Positions 56,871-64,000 of a stretch of DNA of 64,000 bases are shown here, in pieces (positions within the stretch are counted from its first letter, which is position 1; the number at the start of each line of letters is the position of its first letter). Under the pieces are notes generated by a model that worked only from the letters and a program-made list of their open reading frames with translations, did no database searches and was not told the origin of the DNA. The stretch lies in the NCBI GenBank assembly GCA_012295275.1, contig CM022672.1, positions 25,792,001 to 25,856,000 on the forward strand, in the 5' to 3' direction. The stretch comes from Chrysomallon squamiferum. Lineage: Eukaryota; Animalia; Mollusca. Both the position numbers and the translations under genes were made by a program.

Positions 56871-59147
56871 TTGTTTTATTACAACCAGAAATTTTAATAT
56901 TTGTTGTGTTAATATTGTAAGGATGAGCATGTGCACAGAATTCGATAGATTTTAAGGGAGCTGTACAGAAGATAAAAGTGATGTTTTTATTTCTTTCTTT
57001 CTTTCTTTCTTCAATTAATAAAAGCTTTTTTAGACGGAAAAACAAAACAGAATGAACCTTTGAAGAAATGAAGTAATAGTCTTAATGTATTCTACATTCT
57101 TCACAGTTACATTTATTAATCTTTATAGCTACTAATAACAATACAACATCACGGTTCAGAAAGATATGGGCGCCGCCATTATTTCTACAGTTGTGACATC
57201 ATCGAGTATCGATTTGCTTTGGTTGATCCTGGCGCAGCGAGACGTTATAAATTCCTCACGTAGATATTAACGGTATCGGTGAGACGGGGAGGAGTGAAGT
57301 GGGTTCAAATGTTTTATAACTATTATTTCACTCGCCTAAAACAAACAACAGGAAGTCAAATCTATGCATGTGTGCTTATCTGTCTTTGTGTGTTTCTGAC
57401 TCTCTCATTCTGTCTGTGCATGTGTAAATGTTAATATATATATATCAACGGTCATAATTCGTAATGCCATAACAGCTGAAAGTCGTCAGTGTAACATTAT
57501 ACCGATGTCTTCGTAAAAAATCGTGTAGATACATCCTTCTTGTGGAACTGGCTAATGTGTATAATAATCCGAATGACTTCATAATTTTCATGCAGAAGGA
57601 TTTAGGGACTTCTGTTTAGTTAGAACCGTAAACAGGGCTAGCAGACTTTTTCAGTATGTTTAGATATTCAAGAAAAGAGGTTTTCTAAAGACAGAATATA
57701 TATTTATTTATTTATTTATTTATTTATATTATAACTACTATCAGTAGTAGTGGTATTATTTAATGGAAATTATAACTTTTCCTAGCTTACCGTTTTTTAA
57801 GGTCACTGACCGGTAGAATAAATGTCGGTGTGTTTTTTAATTCGTACGACTGCGTGAAATTAATAATGTGTGTTATCATCGTTTGAATACGTAAGAAAAA
57901 CGTAACTTACTGTGTTCCATTTATTATTTTAATTAACACACATATTTAGTTCTGTTATCAGACAAAAACAAAGAAAAGAAAACGTGACTCATGCCTACAG
58001 TAAATACATAATTATTTACAGAAAGGATGGCCAATTGGTAGCCTATTTCTGTCTAGTTATAATCATAATTACATCAGCTAATGAATATTAATTTGATATG
58101 AGATGACGTCATAGTAATAAATCATAAACTTTTATTCAGTGTTTCAACAGATGCAGATTCAGAATGACTCCCTCCTAATCCCTAATTCTTCATGAGCGAT
58201 GTCATTTTTTAATTTGAAAAGAAATTCAGATAATGTATTTACAGAAAATCAGAAAATATTGGGAAAAAAAAAAAAAAAAAAAATAATAATAATAATAATA
58301 ATAACAATTAAATAAATAATTAACAAAAATAATAAATAAATAAATAAATAAATAAAATAAAACAAATAATAGTAATAATAATAATAATAGTTCCTTATTT
58401 TATGGGTAATTTTTTTTTTTCTTTTCATTAATTTCTTCCGAACAAAAATAACTTAATTTACAAGTTTAAGAAGCACTGCTCTAATGATAAGAGTAGAAAA
58501 TATAAAATAATTAAAATCTAGAAATTTCGCATGATATTAATTTATCATCATTTATTTAGTTTTGATTTTGTTGTTGTTGTTATTACTGTTACTATATACT
58601 ACTATACTACTACTACTGCTACTACTACTACAACTACTACTACTACATCTACTACTACTACTACTACTATTACTATTATTATTAAGTCGCCTGACCTTGT
58701 TTTTATGATGAAGCTAGCTGTAACTTAAGTATAAATATTTATTAAATATAAGTTTAATTTCTTTCATTATCAATCATATGCAAATAATCATATGGATAAT
58801 GTTGGAGTAAAAAAAAATTTTTTTTTAAATCGTAATGTTTAAATAAGTACTGTAAGTTTTCTTTCATGAAATCAGACATTTTATGGCCAGTCAGACTGCT
58901 CCCATTAAAACAACCGCAATGATATCACAACCGGAATACTGTTGCTGCCTAATATCAGCAGAAGTAAGTGTACATAATTATTACAATATAATGTGCATTT
59001 AATATTACTTACTATTCCATAATGGTCCTGATGTTTCGTCAGATTTCAAAGAATTACAAAAATAAAATAATAAAATTATATATTTAATTCTATTATATTA
59101 TTTGTTTTATTAATTTTAAAATATATACGTAAGTATTTCATCGTGAC

Positions 59148-59179
<32 letters not shown>

Positions 59180-59931
59180 TCACTGTGGTTGTTGTTATCA
59201 TTATTTATTTACATATTTATTTATTTATTTATTTATTTATTTATAATGTTTTAACTTTAATTCCACGATTATTTTGAATTATTTAATCAACAGAACTCCA
59301 ACATCACGACTTCATACTAATTAGCTTAAAATCGATTTCGGCCTTTCAGTTGTACTTCTAATAATTTTTTTTTTCTTTTTTTTTTCGCATAATATTTATT
59401 ATACCAGTCGACGCGAAACTAACGAAAAATGTTTTCTCTATTAGAGATCCTTTTGTAAAGGGCGATAATAAAGGTTAGCTGTCAACGGCCGCCTCTGTCT
59501 GATTTCGAGTGGGAAGCAAATGTTTGAGTTGCGAAACCACGCAATACATATTTTATTTATTACAGGAAGTATCTGACACATTAGGGCAGAGGGGACAGGC
59601 TAATGTATCGATGTGCCTTTAAACTTCATTTTCGTTTTGAACGCAATAACAGTGAATCCTCGTGGATAATCATCTGCGTTTAAAATATTACGCGAACAAA
59701 TACAAAATGTCAGAGATTAGTAATGTTAAGTTTCTTTATTATCTTTTTTATCATCATTATTCTTCTTTTTCTTATATGTGGATGGTGACAAAAAAAAAAT
59801 TAAAAAATAAAATGTACAATTCATTTTATCTATATTCGACAAAAGATATTTTATGTAGACTTTTATGTAGAAAATGTTTAATAAATAGAAGTCCACGTAC
59901 ATCGACTTGTATAACAAACAGCCCCAGGTAA

Positions 59932-59997
59932 CATCGTGGAGAATTGAACTTGCGAGTTACAGATTCTCGAGCACATGCTCTAACCACTTACTAACAC
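59932..59997 (-). mobile_element. Degenerate tRNA-derived SINE-head-like fragment
   Basis: Minus strand reads GTTAGTAAGTGGTTAGAGCATG...GCAAGTTCAATTCTC, an A-box-like and a B-box-like (GTTCRANNC) element at tRNA-like spacing. I see no intact cloverleaf. Confidence 0.35.
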
Positions 59998-60104
59998 ATT
60001 TCACTTATTCAAACCTTTATTTGTTTGGTAAACAATGTGAGATTATGCGTGTTTCAGTGAATGTGACTATGAGTGGTAATGTGTCTGCGTGTGTGTGTGT
60101 GTGT

Positions 60105-60638
60105 GTGTGAGTGTACGTACATACATTTGTTAAGTATTAATAACTCGAGGGATTAAAACGGCCAAACGCTGTACACTACATATAAACATAACCCAAGGCG
60201 GTGTATTTTAAACACGATATTTAACTGTTAAATACAAGATTTCCGGTACAGTCTGTATTATTAGCTTTTGTGTCACATTCTAAATGTTGTTCCTTAGTCA
60301 TGCCTGATGCTTATTCCAGCAATAATTGTTTCACATCGCGCTGCAACTACGGATGTTGTATTTAATCTATTACTGGAAGAATGTATAGGAAATTATATAT
60401 CATTTGAATTGCTTCAGAATCAAGGTATCTAACTTTCATGTTCAAATTGTCAGTCATTTCGTCGTATTGCCTGCATCATTAACTTTGTCTCAAAATCTGA
60501 TTTTGTAGTGCGACAAGCCATTATAAAACATTGTATTTTAAAAAAGGATTTATCTATAAAATGTTTTATTTTAATTTCAATCTTTAAAAAAAAAAAATAT
60601 ATATATATTAATAACAACAACAAAACAAAACAAGAAAT

Positions 60639-60671
<33 letters not shown>

Positions 60672-62372
60672 CACACACACACACACATACACACAAATAC
60701 ATATATGTATATTTTTACAGGTAAATATAATATTCTTTTATTTAAAATTTTCAATTTCGTTCATAACAAATATAACAATAAAATTATTAGTATTGTTATT
60801 ATTGTTGTTGTTGTTGTTGTTGTTATTATTATTATACTACTATTAACATTATGACTTGGAATCTTAGAAATCTGCACATGCTTTTCAGTTACTAACTAAC
60901 TTGTTAACCTGGGTTACGCTTTGTGAACTGTTTTAAGTCACATTTGCATCGAAGGGATACTCAGACAGACAGATAGAAACACCAGACAGTCAGACAGACT
61001 CTCGACAAAGCAGTCTTTATTCAGTTAATAACTCTTTTGTCAAAGAACGCCAACACGTTATAACAATTATTAAATCTTAATAACCGTTGACTTAATGCTA
61101 TATAAAAAAATACTCCTAAGCTTTCTTTTGTTTCGAAATGAATGCAAAAGTGTCGCATAAGGTCAAAGAACTGGACACAATTATTAATGAACGGTAAAAC
61201 AGTCTTATATTTAACAAAAAGAAGGGAAAAAAAGAAATAAGTTAAATAACGTGCGGGTATAATCTCAGAATATACGAGAGTAAAACGGTCGAACGATGTA
61301 CACTAAAAATAAACACGTGTTGTGTGTGCATGTGAGTGTATTCATGTACATTTGTTAAGTATTAATAATTCGAGGAATTAAAACGAACGGTCAAATACTG
61401 TACACTAAATATAAACATGATATTTAACCATTAAATACACGATTTCCCGTCCCATCTGTGTTATTAGTTTTTGTGTAAATGTTGTTTCTTAGTCATGGAT
61501 TCCAGCAGTAATTGTTTCAGTTCACGCTATAACTAGAGATCTTTGATTAAATGATGTACATCATTTTTCTATTATTGGAAGAATGCATGGGAAATTATAT
61601 ATCATTTGAAATTCTTCAGAATCAAGATCTCTAACTTTCACGTTCAGATTGTTAGTCATTTCATCGTTTTGTCTGCAACAATAACCTTGTCTCAAAATCT
61701 TTAAAAAATAATATTAATAAAAAAAAAATAATAATAATAATAAAAATGGCCATTATTAAAAAAGGATTTATCTATAAAATGCTTTATTTTAATTTCATTC
61801 TTTATCCATAACGTATATACTGATGTGCCGGCTATGCTTCTTTGTGTGTCTTCCAAATAACACCTAATTTTAACCAGTCTAAATGACATAACTCCAGTGC
61901 TATTGGTTTAAGCAGAGGAATAACACTAATACAAAAATACATACTACTAATACCGCTTTTTCGTGACTCACCCAAGCTCCGGAACTGCAAGGCCACGAAA
62001 GGCATGCTTGAATATTTATTGATTACAAGCACGATTCAAATGGATGATTGGCTCAGTACTTCGATGGTACAGGAGCACTTTTGAAATCCATTGCTTTAGG
62101 TTTTGTAGACAAAAATAAAACATAGATTTATAAAGAGTTTAAATGATTATACTGAAATGGTTAGATCTTGCTGTGATTTCTGTAATTATGACAACATAAC
62201 ATAATAAGCTGCTGAGAGAAGTAAATATATCTAACTTCGACCACAGGGTGTGTGAAGTATTAGGTGACATAATTTGCTTGTTTTGTGCTTCTTGATTTGA
62301 CCTGAAGGCGAAAACTGACGTATGTCTTTTTTAAAGTACATTATTAACCACTGGGAAAAAAAAAAAAAAAAA

Positions 62373-62424
<52 letters not shown>

Positions 62425-62796
62425 TAGTTATTTAGTATTTTATTTTATTCATTTGCTTTTCTGTTACTGTTTCAATATTTCAAATATTAGGATTCAGTCG
62501 TCATGTTTATTTAAATATTTTCATATTTCGATTTATTTATTTATTTATTTATTTTTATGTCGTTATATTTTTTCTTAATAATATATAATAACAACAAAAC
62601 AATACACAAGAACTGAATAAACACGCGCACGCACACATATATATAATACGAATATTTTTACTGTACATGTAAATATATTATTCCTATTATTTAAAATGTT
62701 CAGTTTCGTTCATAACAAATATAACAACAAAATTATTATTATTATTATTGTTGCTGTTGTTGTTATTGTTGTTACTACTGTTGCTGTTGTTGTTGA

Positions 62797-62859
<63 letters not shown>

Positions 62860-63255
62860 GAAAGAACATTATGACTGGGTAAACCGAACATTTAGAGATC
62901 TAGAAATCTGCACATATTTTTCCGTTACTAACTAACTAACTTGTTAACCTGGATTACGCTTTGTGAACTGTTTTAAGTCACATTTGCATCGAAGGGATAC
63001 TCAGACAGACAGATAGAAACACCAGACAGTCAGACAGACTCTCGACAAAGCAGTCTTTATTCAGTTAATAACTCTTTTGTCAAAGAACGCCAACACGTTA
63101 TAACAATTATTAAATCTTAATAAACGTTGACTTAATGCTATCTAAAAAATAATCCCAAGCTTTCTTTTGTTTCGAAATGAATGCAAAAGTGTCGCATAAG
63201 GTCAAAGAACTGGACAAGAATGTTAATGTACGGTAAAGCAGTCTCTTGTTTAATA

Positions 63256-63288
<33 letters not shown>

Positions 63289-63355
63289 ACAAAATAAAAT
63301 AAAGAAATCTACCAGGAAGTTTAATAACCTGTGGATATAACAGAATACACGAGTA
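60105..63355. repeat. Interrupted tandem duplication A-B-A'-X-B'
   Basis: A (~60105-60580) matches A' (~61330-61800). B (~60600-61280) matches B' (~62575-63355), with an offset of 2040 in the core. X (~61800-62570) is unique. Confidence 0.93.
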
Positions 63356-64000
63356 TAAATAGCGGTTGCAACCTGAAGTTATGAACGACAGGCTAAACAG
63401 AGCAAGCAAGTCGTGATGAGCTATTTAATTATTAATAACATCCATTAATTATAATTATTTTACAACTCTGATTTCTGACCGGTTCTTAGCAATGACTCCC
63501 TGAGATAAAATCCACAATAAAGTTACATTTTCTAATATCGTATAAAACTTGTAATAAAAGTAAATCAATAGTAGTTACACATATTAATTATGTTAATTAC
63601 TAATTGTTTTGCGTATAAGATGATAGACATAAACATAATTATTTACACGATGTAAATGTGTAAATAATTATGTTTACGTGCGTTTACAAAATATTATTAT
63701 TAATAATAATAATAATATAATAATAATAAAAATAATAATAATAATAAAAGAGAAAAAATCGGAGAAAAGAGGAACAAAACAAACGCATACAAATATTAAC
63801 ATTAAAACGGCTCTAAAAAATTAAATATTTATTTTCTGTTAGCACTTTTCGTACTTAGCTGGGAAACTGAAGAACGTGTTTGAAACTCGATTTGACTGTC
63901 AGTTCCCAAAACAGTGTGGTTTTTCCATTTGTCTGACTTGACGAGAGATATTTTTCGATCGTTGATCAATAGCTTTACGTGTACAGTCTGCAAAGTGTGA

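Noticed and set aside
59932-59997. Functional tRNA gene
   Set aside because: Only A/B-box-like words are present, and the acceptor and anticodon stems do not pair. Kept only as a possible SINE relic.

Overview
AT-rich, microsatellite-dense eukaryotic DNA. It looks like an invertebrate, plausibly a mollusc, but the taxon cannot be fixed from sequence alone. One gene dominates: a + strand R4-type RGS (regulator of G-protein signalling, RGS3-like) gene. Five common coding exons (50037-50777, 53281-53444, 53967-54118, 54504-54667, 54980-55150) splice in frame into 463 codons ending in a complete RGS domain. The first common exon has a phase-0 acceptor, so a start exon must lie upstream. I find several phase-0 ATG...GT candidate first exons over 44 kb: best at 5615-5686, 39792-39845 and 49299-49310, weaker at 37666-37701 and 16790-16858. 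Most follow promoter-like sequence, which suggests a multi-promoter cassette of alternative N-termini. Other notable signals are nine perfect CRE palindromes (TGACGTCA), CpG depletion matching the inferred transcription unit, an intronic inverted repeat, several minisatellites, and an interrupted tandem duplication at 60-63 kb. Almost all other ORFs in the track are microsatellite artefacts. There is no prokaryotic system, CRISPR array or intact transposon.
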